DNA of 64,000 nucleotides. It comes from Marsupella aquatica. Its lineage: Eukaryota; Plantae; Marchantiophyta. The stretch lies in the NCBI GenBank assembly GCA_973895155.1, contig OZ316892.1, positions 27,366,307 through 27,430,306 of the forward strand. The letters run 5' to 3'. The notes under the pieces were generated by a model. It was given only the letters and a program-made list of their open reading frames with translations, did no database searches and was not told where the DNA came from. Both the position numbers and the translations under genes were made by a program. Below, one piece after another: positions 24,401-36,819 of this stretch (within the stretch, counting starts at the first letter, position 1; the number at the start of each line of letters is the position of its first letter).

Positions 24401-27400
24401 GTTTCCTTCATGAGAAACTAAGTTTTTCTTGCAAGCAGCCACCCATCATCTTGGGAGCCTTGTGGATGTTGTGGGGCTGGCCACTCATCTACAATCGTCT
24501 AGCCGTCTCTCTGTGACTCTGGTCAATTGTCTGTGTTCTGCCTGTTGATCTGCTTCGAATACCTGACGTTATTCCTTCTTACTTTTAACGCATCTTTTTT
24601 TAATTACTGTAGTACAGTCCATGACTTGATGTAACGCTTCCTTGCAAATCACAGATCTTGAGGATCAGTGGTTTGCATTGCATTTCTAATCATGTTTATA
24701 ATAGTAAAAAACTTTCCCCTAAATAAATGGTTGATCTGGTAAGTCGGTTCCCCGGATGTAATGTGGGCTTGAATGGGACGCGGAAAACGTATCTTGATGA
24801 ATTTATGCAAGTCTAAGCTGCTGGTTTTGCGAAACAGAAATCCAGTCCAGATATATCATAACTCCCGAGTTACATTCTACCTGCGAGTTGATCCAGTAGG
24901 AAACCTTTTTGTGAACAATCATGACAATTAACTATTCAATCATGTATTCAATCAACTATAGGACAATGACCCTACTAAAAGCGACTAGTTGATTGTTCAC
25001 AATATGAAATGGCTGACAAATAGTAATTCAGGATTAACGGGTGTTTTTCTCTGATTAGTGTTCGTTACTTGTGTCGTGTTGCTTGAATGTTAATATTTTT
25101 GGATAGGACCAGTGGCTACTTTGGGAATGGAATGCAATTTTCGTGAACATCTTGTGCGTGGCCTTTGCTTGTTCCCGATGTCAGTGTGATAATGGTGGTA
25201 TGTGTTAGAGACTTCTATGACTGCTACTAGAGAGGGTAATACTGCTGTGTCAGTACAGTGTGTATGAAGCTGGCTCTACTCATTGAGTGTCACCCACATT
25301 ATTAGCGGTGAACAAATCATGTTGTCAATCTGATTCGAGTGTCGATAGAAATCACAAATCTTCATCGCCAACCAAACTTTGCTTTCAACATCGTTGAAGG
25401 TTAATTATTCTTATTCATTGCCAAACAATCGTTAGCTTCGTTGTAAGATGTCTTTAGATGCTCTCGTTGGGATGCACATCGTGCAGATTCGGAGTGACAG
25501 GTCAGTTTCATTCACTTCGGGGCCATCACTCTTCTTTCCTAAAGGTTTTTCCACATCATCAATATCTACGAGAAACTCTGATGTATTGATGATGTAGAAA
25601 AAAATAAGGAATTTTTTTTATCGATAAGGGACTGATTAGGTCGCGTAACAAAGAAAATCTTAGATCGGTTGTCCTTCCATGCCTTGTAACTCTTTAGGGC
25701 TTTCATGTCATCGGCTGAAGTTTTGTCAGCAGGTCAATATGCTTTGATTTGATTAGTAAATGGGATATCTGGAGCCCAACTCCAGTAAGTCTATCATTCT
25801 ATCACAATTATAATCCGTACATCCTTACAATTTTGGTTTATTCTATAGCCTTGGATGTGAATATTCAACCACATCAAAAGCGGTGCAGTGAGACCTTAGG
25901 CTCCTCGGCAATAAGTCCAGAGCTCAAATCGCATTGCTTGTAATATTGATTAGCATCCCTTTGTTCGCAACCTCATGGTGGCGGGTCCATGTACCTTGGG
26001 TGCTTGTGCTTTGGACAAAAAATACCAAGCAAGTAAACAGACAGAAAAACTCGATTTAGTTGCAAGACAAGCTTGAACAAGTTTGTGGCAGGAGAGGAGG
26101 TAAAATACCTGAATTTAGTGTTGCTACATAAACCCTATGACTTAAAAACCTTCGTAGTAGGAGCCTCTGGAAGGCACTATGTAGTGCCCAACGGTCCATT
26201 CCAAAGGCCAGCAAAAGCACCCACCCAAAGTGATATATGGATGAGTGAAATGATGCAAATCTCTTCTTCCCTTTAGTATAGTCTAGATCATTTTGTTTTA
26301 TAATGAATGGGCACCCACATACAACATGCAACATGCAACAAGCCAAGGCAGCTTTAAGAGCACTTTGTTTCTCAAAAATTCTAATTGGCAAACCATCATC
26401 ATGAGTGACTTTCTTCAATAGAGTAAATGCTTTGGTCCATGGGGGCCGGATTAAATTTCTGATTGGAACTGTTGGCTCATAATGTGTCACATAAACCTTA
26501 CTGTAGGTCGGATTTAATTGTCGTCTCAAAATTTTTGCATTTGCATTTCGAGATGTTCAGATTTTGTTTTTCCAATCTAATTGTTGTCTAAATAAAATTT
26601 TGCATGGGGGGATGTTCAGATTGTTTTTTCCTCCAGATCTTAGTCGTAAGCTTCCATATTCTATTGTCTAGAAATAAAGAGTATTTGGACCCCTGCTCAG
26701 GCTTGGGTTCCCTTGAGTTAGTCCCCCTCATTGTGGGCCGCCTTGGTTATATGTGGTTCCTTTTAATGTTCATAATTTGTATCTTTCAACAAGAAAAAGT
26801 GCCATATAGAGTGACGTGTAAGTCTACAGGTGTGGGATACATAATGGCATATACATATTTCTTACTTGTCATTGGGGACCTGACGCTGCATCACAAATAT
26901 TGGATTCCAATTACTGACTGGTGTCAAAAAGGTTTAGAGACTTTGTAAATATCTATTAAATATGCAGTAAACACTAATATTCCTATGTTTTCAGAGAAAA
27001 TTTATGTGTTCTGTGTTCTCTATGTTCCCCAAAACTATCTCCAAGTTTCTCAAAATGGGCCATCCAATTTGTTTACTGAGCCCTGAATTCTCAGCATTAT
27101 GTACTTGTCATGTCATATTCAAGAATGTTAAGAATGTCATGTAAGAGGGACATGCCATATACTTAGAAATATTAATTTGAGAAATGGGTCAACAGTGATG
27201 CCAAGCGACGGGTTAAGCTTGTTCTTGTGCACAAGCACTAGTTCTCCAGGCCATGATGTGTTATGATTTATTCACGAATTGCGTGATTTAATTTGCAAGG
27301 CCCCATGGATTGTAACATTTGACAAAACGCTTGGATGGACTGTTGTACCTGTATTCTTTTCATATTTACTTTTTGGGGTGTCAAACGCTTTGGTGTACTG

Positions 27401-28289
27401 TTGTAATCCAAATGGATCCCACTGAAATATATTGAAATAGTGTCTTCTTTTTAGATTTACAATTGTATACATCAATCATTGTATGTTATCACTGAATATT
27501 GTTATCAATCATTATATTGTTATCTCTAATTATCAATATTTTTAAATATATATATTTTTTTTCAAAATTGAAGGTGACGGTAAATAGTGTCAGTTGACTG
27601 AAAATCAAGAGATACCCCTAATTAGTGTGTGTGACACTAATTATTAATGACACTAATTCTTTCGTGAGACTAAATATTGTAAAGAGTGTATTCTAAAAAA
27701 ATTCTTTGGATGCAAATTCATACTTTTCTGATTAACATTATCCTCTGGGTTGCAAGGTTCGTGGAGTAGTCCATCCGAGAATTGCTTTGGACTATGTAAT
27801 CCATGTGAACATCAACACATGCACACAGTATTTTGAAATAATAATAATAGTACGTTTGAACTATGCATTGGATTGATGCGATGATGGGTTTAGAAGTTAT
27901 CTCCATTAGTAAGCTAGCAAGTCACTGATTACTGACTACTCTGAGATGGGAGGTTGGGATATGTGTCATGAACTTGTAATGGTAAATAATGGCTCACACA
28001 TTCACTCTTCAATAATACCAATGCTATTGTATACCATAGTCCTCATTAGGTTTGAGCAATTAAAACTATTTGGCCCCTCACAAAAATTTAACAACGGTCT
28101 GGAAAACTATGCAGACAGTTCAGGAAATGTGGAGAAGATTACATGTCAGATGTTATAGCCTAAAGTACAGTATATGAAACAAAATGCCCCTAATGGTGTT
28201 TTTTTTTTTGATATAGACAACAAACACAGGTTTTGCATTTTGCTTCAATTGGTATTTATAACATGGGAAATAAAAAGTGCCAATTGCCA

Positions 28290-28860
28290 AAACCTTCAAG
28301 CAAAATAAAAATAACCTCTTTTTTATAACCTGTCCCCCAAACCATACCAATTTATTAATGTTTCTCCCAAAAAAATTTATTGACTAACTTGACCCCCATT
28401 TCATATTTGGGTTAGTATTACCGCCGTAGATGTAAGTCAACCTTTATCCTCATTGTGTAGTGCCTCTGGTTATCACATGGTGAGGCGCAATTGCTGTGGG
28501 CTTAATCTGCTTATCTTCCCCTTTCTCGTGTCACTGGCCAAAAGTTCCAGGCCAAAAAGTGGCCAAAGTCTATTATTATTCTGGAAACAACAATTTTGAA
28601 GTTTTTTTCCCCTAAAGCAGAGCAGGTGGAGGGGGCAGATCAACAAGTTAATCTGCAACCAATGGTGTCTTTCCACATGGCAGCAGGAGTACCTATGCCA
28701 ATGAACCCAAAGTAGAGTTATTTATATTGAGACAATAACCCACATACAAATTGGGGGTTAGGTCAGGAAATAAATTATTTCAGGGACACCTTCCTAAATT
28801 GGGTTAGTTCCAGGGGGACGGGTTAGTAAAAACCTGATTAAACTAAAGTTGAAGGAAGCA
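28290..28860. mobile_element. Degenerate fold-back/MITE-like remnant
   Basis: 28320-28415 is an imperfect reverse complement of 28735-28830 (e.g. TAACTTGACCCCCATTTCATATTTGGGTTA vs TAACCCACATACAAATTGGGGGTTAGGTCA). Boundaries approximate. Confidence 0.45.
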
Positions 28861-31080
28861 AAATACCACTAGCGTTTGTTTTAGTGACCCAAATTAGCCA
28901 AATTTCACCTCCCCAAATGCTTTTGACATTGTTGGAAATTAGTTAATTTTTCTCTGTCTCATTAACTAATGTCCCATCTATTCTCAGCCCCATTAATCAA
29001 AATTGATGTCATCCTTAAATCTAGAGATAGATCTCATAATAAAAAAACATTAAAGTAAAAAGAATATTTTGAGAGCTTCTCCTTAATAGAGTCTATATAG
29101 CCACTCTAGCGAAAACATATAAAACTTTAAAAAATAGGCTCGGGACCTACACTAGTAGACTACTATATCCCTTTGATGTCAGTCGTTGTTGTTATGTGCT
29201 GCACGCTTCTGCATAATCACCAAAGTAATAATGGTTGCATTTGTGCTCGCACGAGGGAGGGAGGATAATGATGAATATCCTATTCATATGGAACCGGGTC
29301 ATAACTAGAATCTGCCCATTATTATCCTCCTGAGATAACCGAAAATTGGTACAGCGAATCTAAACAACTTTTATTGTAAACTGATTCGGGCCACTGTCTG
29401 TAACGAGATTACATCATTTCTGTCTTACATGTGCGTGTTGTAACTATTTCGTCCTTTACTTCTCATATATGTTGTACTAGCCTGATTACACGTCACTTGA
29501 ACGTAAATAGAAATGAAGGAAAAAGAAAACCTGCAAAATAAAAATACTGTGTTATCTTCCATTTATATTTGCCCCATTCCTGTGTTTGATTCACTCTCAC
29601 TTTGTTCTTATTTAGAGTACAGTTTTGTCCTTATTTTAGAGTTCATTTTTGTCTCCCTTTGTTATTATTTAGAGTCCAGTTTAGACTTGTTTTAGAGCCC
29701 AGTTTTGTCCTTATTTGGAGTACTGTCTAGAATCTTCATTCTAGACCTTCGCCCTTGAAAATAGCTTATGTTAGAAAATTATTAGTAAGATGCTGGTGCC
29801 AATAGTATAGTATTATGGGTATAATAAGTAAACTGCTATATATATTATAATTTATAATCAAAGGTTATCATTCATGACGTAGTGGAGAGTGAGCCATAGG
29901 CATCATCATCTTTTTGGTAATATTTTTGTATTTAGACAATGCATGTGAGTAGGGTGGCTTGTGGAATCTGCCTATGGGGAGCCCTTCCCATGCATAGAGA
30001 GACGGGTATTCTGGCTACTGAAAGAGAAATAATTAAGAGAAAACAACGAGTAAGAAGGAAGAAACAAGAAAAGGTAAGATTTGAAATTAGAAAACAGAAA
30101 GCCAGGTTGATCGAGAAGGGAGTGCACAAAGGCTTGATAGCTGTCCATGCTTAATTGGGGATGTATGTATAAACTGGAATGGTGGCAAACTAGTGTAGGT
30201 AATGTCAAATGGGTTCCTGTTCCGAAATGGAGCATCCTGTTTGAGAGGATGCTAGAATGAACCATTGTAACCTGCGTGGACCACTCTGAAGCATTACTTT
30301 TTACTCCGGTAGCATCTTTCATTTGTATAATTTTTCATTGCTTGGAGTGGGAAATGTTCTTGGGCTATTGGACTGTCGAGGTCAAACGGTGTGATCTATC
30401 CAAGCATCAACTTCTTCTTTCTGGTGGCTTGTGCGAGTTTGTTTTATAAGAGTTTCAAGCCATCTCTTCTTTGTGTGTTTAGTAATGTCTCTAATGGCAA
30501 GGATAGTTTTTGTTTGGGTTCGGCTGCGGCATTCTGCCTATTTTCCTTTTGGAGGCTTGGGTAGTGTTCTTTGTGAGTGCTGGTTTTAGTTGCAGGTGGA
30601 ATATATAATATGAGGCACTATCACTTTTAACTAGAAAAAACGAAAGCACTTTTGGATCTGGCCATAATTGTAAACCAGCTCCTAATTAAGTGCTTTTTGA
30701 CCAATTGCAAAAACTTGTTGTTATACTCAGTGTAACACTATAATCCCTTGTCATACAGTACTGTAATCTACAGTTGATGTGTAAACAACTGTTCTTTACA
30801 CCCAAAGTATCATCCTGGTTAGCCCTCGGACAGAAGTGTAGGCCTGACATGTCAACAGTTTCCGACCTGATGTCCACCAAACTCTTCTGTAAGACTGTAA
30901 CTGAGGCGTTTGGGTCTGACATGTCAGCATCTGTAAACCTGACGTCACATCGCTGTCCTGTAAGTCTTGTAAGGCTGTAACTGAACTCATTCGAAATGTC
31001 ATGATTGTAGAGTAGTACAGATTTTACTCTGGTTCCTTTGTCACTCAAGCTCTTGTACAGTACAGTCGTTCGGTACAAGA

Positions 31081-33585
31081 GTGAGGTCTTACAGTAGTTG
31101 GCTTACTCGGTGTCAGTTTACGGCTTACTCGGTCTTGAGTCAGTTTACTAGTAAAACGAACATTCATCGAGAAAGAACAAAGAAACGAACGAAAGAAGTA
31201 GAGGAATTTTGCTCCACAGCTCTAGACACGCGATCTGATCTCCTCTTCTCTCTCGTCTGGTCTGGTCTTGTCTGTGCGCATTTCAATCAGAAATTCGATT
31301 TCAGCAGCATCAAGTCAGGACCAGGACCATCGCGGGTGCAGCAGCAGCAGCAGCAGCAGCAGTGCTACAAAGAGGAAGCGAAGAAGGTGAACACCATCGC
31401 CAGGCGGAGCGGTTCTTTTGTTGGTCGAGTGCAAGAGAAGAGACTGGATTCGCTCTTGTCGTCGGGATCGTCGACTGCATTTGGCAAAGTGGGTGTTGTT
31501 GCAGGAGAAGAAGCAAAAGGAGGAGGAGAAAAGAGAGTACAAGAGAAGAAATTGGATTCGGTCTCGTGGTCGTCGTCGACTGCATTGGGTAGAGTGGGTG
31601 TTGTTGCACGAGACGAAGCAAAAGGAGGAGGAGAAGGGAAGAGAGAAGGAGCAGAGAAGGAATTGTATTCGATCTCGACGACGAACCCATTTGGGCCCGG
31701 GAGGAGTGGCAAGAGCAGGAGCATCAGCAGCATCAATAGTAGCATCACCAGCAGCGGCAGTGGGACCCCAAATCCTCTCACAGCGGCGCATTGCACGGCG
31801 AGTCGATTGTCACGTTCATCCGTCTCGGTGGTAGAGGAGGAAGGAAAAGTGGGGGAGGTGGTGGTGATCGAGGAGGAAGAGGAAAGAAGGAAAGGGAGGA
31901 CGACAGCGGAGCTTAATAGATTGTGTGAGCTTCTCGAGGAGGAGAGGAGCAAGAGTGCGGAACGGACCCGAATTGGAAGAGGAAGAGGGGAGGCCCTTGA
32001 AAAAGAGGAGGGCGAATTGCCTGAGATTAACTGCTGCTTCCCTTCGCCTCCCCCGTCGCCATCACCATCGTTGTCGACTACACCTCTGAGACCCACAGAG
32101 AAGAGGAATTTGGAGAGAAGTGGATCGGCAGGAAGGAAATCTTCTTCCGCAGCTTTGACGCAGAAGGAGGGAGAGGTTCATCAGCCTTTCGAGGTTTTAT
32201 CAACGACACCTGCAAGATTTTGCGAGATTCTCCCTGCTGGTCATTTGTCTTCTGTACCTAAGGAGGCGAATTGCTTGACTTGCGAGAGTAAAGAAGACGA
32301 TCAGCTGCTGCAGCAGAGGTCGCCTTTTGAAGGGCTTGAGGGAATTCTTGGGGAGCTTGCGAAGATTGGTGAACCCCCTCCTTATTTTTCTCCTCCATCT
32401 GAACCAAAAGAGGGAGAGGGAGAGCAAGAGGAAGAGGCAGTGACTGTTCCAAAAGCGGATTGTGCATTATCTAGCACATCAACAGCAAAGCAACATCATC
32501 AAGATCAGCAGGTCCGCAGCAGCAGTAGGAAGGAGGGGCTAGCAGGACTTGTGGAGCATGCGAGATTCGGCGAAATTTCCACTAGTCTTGGGTTCACTGG
32601 CACTTCATTGGTCTGCAGCACCCATCATGAGACGAAGCCGAGTAACGAAGTAGAAGAAGTGGAGAAGAACTGCATTGTTGTTCACGAGAAGGAGAACAAG
32701 TCGTTGAAGCCCTGGGAATACGAATTGTTCCACGGATTTTCGCAGGAACCGGTCTGTTACGTCGAAAGAGAGACTCCTCGCACTCCTAAGGATTTTAATA
32801 ATCATCATTCAAGGAGCAGCACTTGGGAGGAAGATTTACTTGCAGGGTTTTCCAATCTCTCTCTTCAGAACAAGCGGAACAACCAATTTACAGGAGAAGG
32901 GTTTTCGCACCTCTTCGATCAAAACGTCGTCGACAACAACTTACTAGTAGAAGGGTCGACGAGTCTCTCGATTCAGAGCAACAACCACGACAGTGAATTA
33001 TCGGGAGAAGAAGGGTGTTTTAATCCCGCTCTTCTTACCAGCAACGACAACCTCAGCAGCTTCGCAAGTGAAGAATCGAATCTCTCTTTTCAGAACAGCA
33101 ACCACCACAACATCAAGAGCCTGAACAATAACTTGAGAGGAGAAAGGTTTCCGAATCCCTCTCTTGAGGGAAACATAAACCACGTCAACCACAACGTAAC
33201 AGGAGACGGGGTTGATACTAAGGTCGAGGTCTCTGTTGAGAAGTACATCAACAACAGTGGAACAAGAGAAGCGGGTGATAACACTAAAGTTGAGGACAAG
33301 CACATCAGTTTTGTGGGTCAGCAACTGGACCGCCATTACGAGGAAGAATTCAGCTCAGCTGTCGCATCCGTGGAAAGCTTGAGTTTGGGAGATTTAGTGA
33401 AATCTTGTCCAGGAGAAAGAGCAGCGGCAGCTGTCGAGCACCAAGAGAAGAGCTTCCAATCTCTCTGCCTTTCTTCCTTTCACAGCCTTACCGACGATTG
33501 CCTTGAGAAGAGACAATTCTTACAGAGCTTTGTGAGTCGCATTCCCCCTCCTCCACCGAGCTGCTACACCAGAAATAGAATCAAA
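31081..33585 (+). CDS. Putative non-AUG-initiated, low-complexity N-terminal extension in frame with the aminopeptidase (true start unknown)
   Basis: 835 codons without a stop or Met, contiguous with ATG 33586. Last in-frame stop is TGA 30982-30984. Contains frame-preserving repeats (108-nt duplication, CAG tract). Confidence 0.6.
31339..31362 (+). repeat. (CAG)8 microsatellite, poly-Q in the extension frame
   Basis: Direct reading. Confidence 0.9.
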
Positions 33586-35822
33586 ATGGCACCGATCGAC
33601 CCTCATTCGTACGCTGACTCGTCACATCCACTCACCAAGCACGTAGCTTTGTCCCTCTTTCTCGACTTCCAGACCAAAATTATCAGCGGGACTGCAACTC
33701 TGACGTTGGAGAGGTCTCACAAGGGAGAGATTTTTCTAGACACTCGAGATCTGACGATCGAATCGGCAGAGGACTCCCAAAAGAAGAAGAGCCTGAAGTT
33801 CTTCCTCGAGAAACCGGATGCGATCAAGGGATCTCTCTTGAGGATCGTTCTTGAAGAGGAGGCCTCCGCCTTCTCTGTCACGTTCAAAACTTCTCAATCT
33901 GCTTCAGCCCTTCAGTGGCTCGACCCATCCCAAACAGCTGGGGAGAAATTGCCATATGTGTTCACTCAATGTCAAGCCATCCATGCCCGGTCCATCTTCC
34001 CCTGCCAAGACACTCCCATTGCCCGAATTACATACTCGGCTGACGTTAACGTTCCAGCTGAGCTCTCTGTGGTCATGTCTGCTGCTCATGTGGGACGAAC
34101 TCTGAGCTCAGATTCCGCGGCCAGAGCCATTGAAAGCTTTGTGATGGAGCAGCCCATTCCGCCGTACCTCTTCGCTTTAGCTGCAGGGGACATTACCTAT
34201 GAGGAGGTCGGGCCCCGGACCCGGATCTATGCAGAGCCGTCAGAGGTAAAGGCTGCAGCGTACGAATTCGCCAATACTGAGGAGACGGTGAAGAAAGCAG
34301 AGGCACTTTTTGGGCCGTATGATTGGGAAAGGTTTGACCTCCTGGTCATGCCGCCCAGTTTCCCCTATGGTGGAATGGAGAACCCGAGGATGGTGTTTCT
34401 GACCCCGACCATCATCGTTGGGGATCGTAGCGGGGTGGAGGTGGTTGCCCACGAGCTAGCACACAGTTGGACTGGGAATCTCATCAGCAATGCGACTGCC
34501 AATGACTTCTGGCTCAATGAGGTACTGTGTATATCACCTCTCCCAACCTCAGGACTGATCAGTGTATATTGCCATGTCGAACCTTCAACAAGCGGGTAAA
34601 ATTCTGGGTTAGTACTCTCAATAATAAACAAAACACTGAGGCAAAACATATTTTTTCTCCTGATGTGCGCGAGTTAAATAGTGGAAGAGAGCCAACGTCG
34701 GTCATCAAAGATTGATAGGTCAGAAAATCTCTGGGACTCCAATTTCTTAATGATTCTTCGAAATCATCATTCACACGGGTGAACTCACGTGTTATGCGGT
34801 GTCTCAACATTTCAGATTCCAAGTGTGAATATTTACCCTGTCCCAGCAGCTTTGCATTGAGTGACTGAAGTTTTCTCCCTCTCTAAAAAAGTGTTAGGCG
34901 GGCTATGAATCAGAAAGTAATCCTCGATTTACGACTCTTGAGACATGTATCGTTTTGCTCGCAGGGATTCACAACGTATGCAGAGCGCCGCATTATTGAG
35001 GCGCAGGATGGGCTAGCGAGTGTTCAACTGCACATCGGTATTGGGTGGCAAGGGCTCGAGGAAGAGGTTGAGCGCTTCAAGGAGCGGCCTGAGATGACAA
35101 AACTGAAGATGCACATGGAAGGCGTCGATCCAGATGAAATCTACTCCAAGATCCCGTATGAGAAAGGATTCCAGTTTCTGCGACGATTGGAGTTCCAGGT
35201 GGGACGGCCAACCTTTGATGATTTCCTCAAAAAATATATTGCCAAGTTCAGATTCCAATCCATTGATACGGAGACCTTTCTAGTATTCCTCAAGGAAAAC
35301 CTGCCCAGAATAGAGGAGCAAGTGGATCTCCAAACATGGATTCATGGGACAGGAATTCCTGATGATGCCGTTCGGCCCAAAGCAGGCCTCTTAGAAAGAC
35401 TTCAGAGTCTGGCAGATGGGTATCAATCTGGTGGGAAGCCTACGGCAGTGGAAACGGAGACATGGTCTGCTCAAGCATGGATAGTCTACATTGAGCGTTT
35501 ACCTAAAAAGCTAAGTGCAGAACAGATAAGGGAGCTCGACGAACTGTATCATTTCTCTGAGTCTCCTAACTGGGAAATCAAAATAGGAATACTGACCATC
35601 GGAGCAAATTCTGCCTATCAGCCTTTTTATCCCCAAATTGAGACGTCATTGCACAATGTCGGGAGGATGAAGTATCTCAAACCACTCTATCAAGGTCTTC
35701 TCGAGGGCTCCTCAGAGGGAAAGAACCTGGCTTTGAAAGTGTTTGCTGAAGCCAAGAGCAAGTACCATCCTATTGCCCAGGTTGTTATACAAGGATTGTT
35801 GACAAAGTACACTTCTTCATAA
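33586..35822 (+). CDS. LKHA4: Leukotriene A4 hydrolase-like M1 zinc aminopeptidase (leucine aminopeptidase), ~597 aa core, 2 exons
   Basis: Exons 33586-34521 and 34965-35822 (GT-AG, phase 0). Conserved plant start MAPIDPHSY, TQCQAIHARS, GGMENP, zinc motif HELAHSW...WLNEG, IPYEKG, GRMKYLKPLY. Confidence 0.96.
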
Positions 35823-36693
35823 GGTGCAGACAGACTTTCATATTCCTGGAAAAGACGATGCGATTCGCCATCTGCGTAGCTCCTCGTTTATTTCAGGGAA
35901 TCATCCAAATTTTGCTCTGTTGAATGTATTAGGAGTTTCAAACAAGTTGTCCGTTGTATAAAAAGTGTACTTGGGTACCTTTCCATTATTCCCTAAAGCT
36001 CTGTACAGTAAATTTCACCTGCCTGGAGAGCTTTGAGTCCATTTGAGATTTGCGTCACTAGTTTGGGAAGGATTTGGCCCGAGGAACCAACTCCATTCTT
36101 CTCTCCTAGGCAGAGCTTTTGTTTGAAGAATTGAGTCCTGCCTGGCAATATTGTCCAGGATACGAAGCTGTGGTAGCTTTGAAAGTGAATCCATAAATTA
36201 CAATTCCAGGGCCCTCGTAGGGCAATGAAACAAAAGGATACCATTTTTGTTTAAATCACAAAACCTGGATCTACCAGGTTTCACCATTTTAGTACATTTT
36301 TTCATTTTTAGTACATTTTTCCTGGAGCAAAGTTTCACCTTAGAGGAGAAAAACATTTTTAGTATATTTTTCCTGAAATTGTGGAGCAGAATTTCACCCT
36401 AGAAGAGAAAAATTCCTGAAATTTGCAAAGTTTCACCCTAGAGGAGAGAAAAATGTGAAGAAGGGAGAAGCGGTGGTTTCAGACAAACCCATTTCCTGTG
36501 GTACATTAAGAACACGTAACACTTTCCCAAAAAGTATTGCAAATGCGGTCCGTTGATACAGTGAATGATTTCAGGTTCGCTGATTGTAATGGCAACTTGC
36601 TCATGCTCGTGTACGATTTGTATAATCACGCTTCTAAGAACATGAGTGAGGACAAATGGTTTATACAAATCTACAGGGACGACACCAATTGTC

Positions 36694-36819
36694 TTCTCTT
36701 CCGTCACCGAGAGGTGGACTTCCACTAGGAAAGGAGACAGCAACAATGGACGGGCCAGCTACAGGGACGAAACCAAACTTTACTCGTCTGGAAGTCCACC
36801 TCTCGGTGACGGAAGAGAA
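36694..36819. repeat. Perfect 31-bp inverted repeat with 64-nt spacer
   Basis: TTCTCTTCCGTCACCGAGAGGTGGACTTCCA (36694-36724) and its exact reverse complement at 36789-36819. Confidence 0.9.

Noticed and set aside
29932-30322. Lys/Arg-rich 71-aa ORF and overlapping antisense ORFs
   Set aside because: Compositional artefact of an A/G-rich tract; no splice or homology support.
31310-32096. Antisense ORFs (126-243 aa) over the aminopeptidase extension
   Set aside because: Expected shadows of a purine-rich low-complexity sense frame; no recognisable domain.
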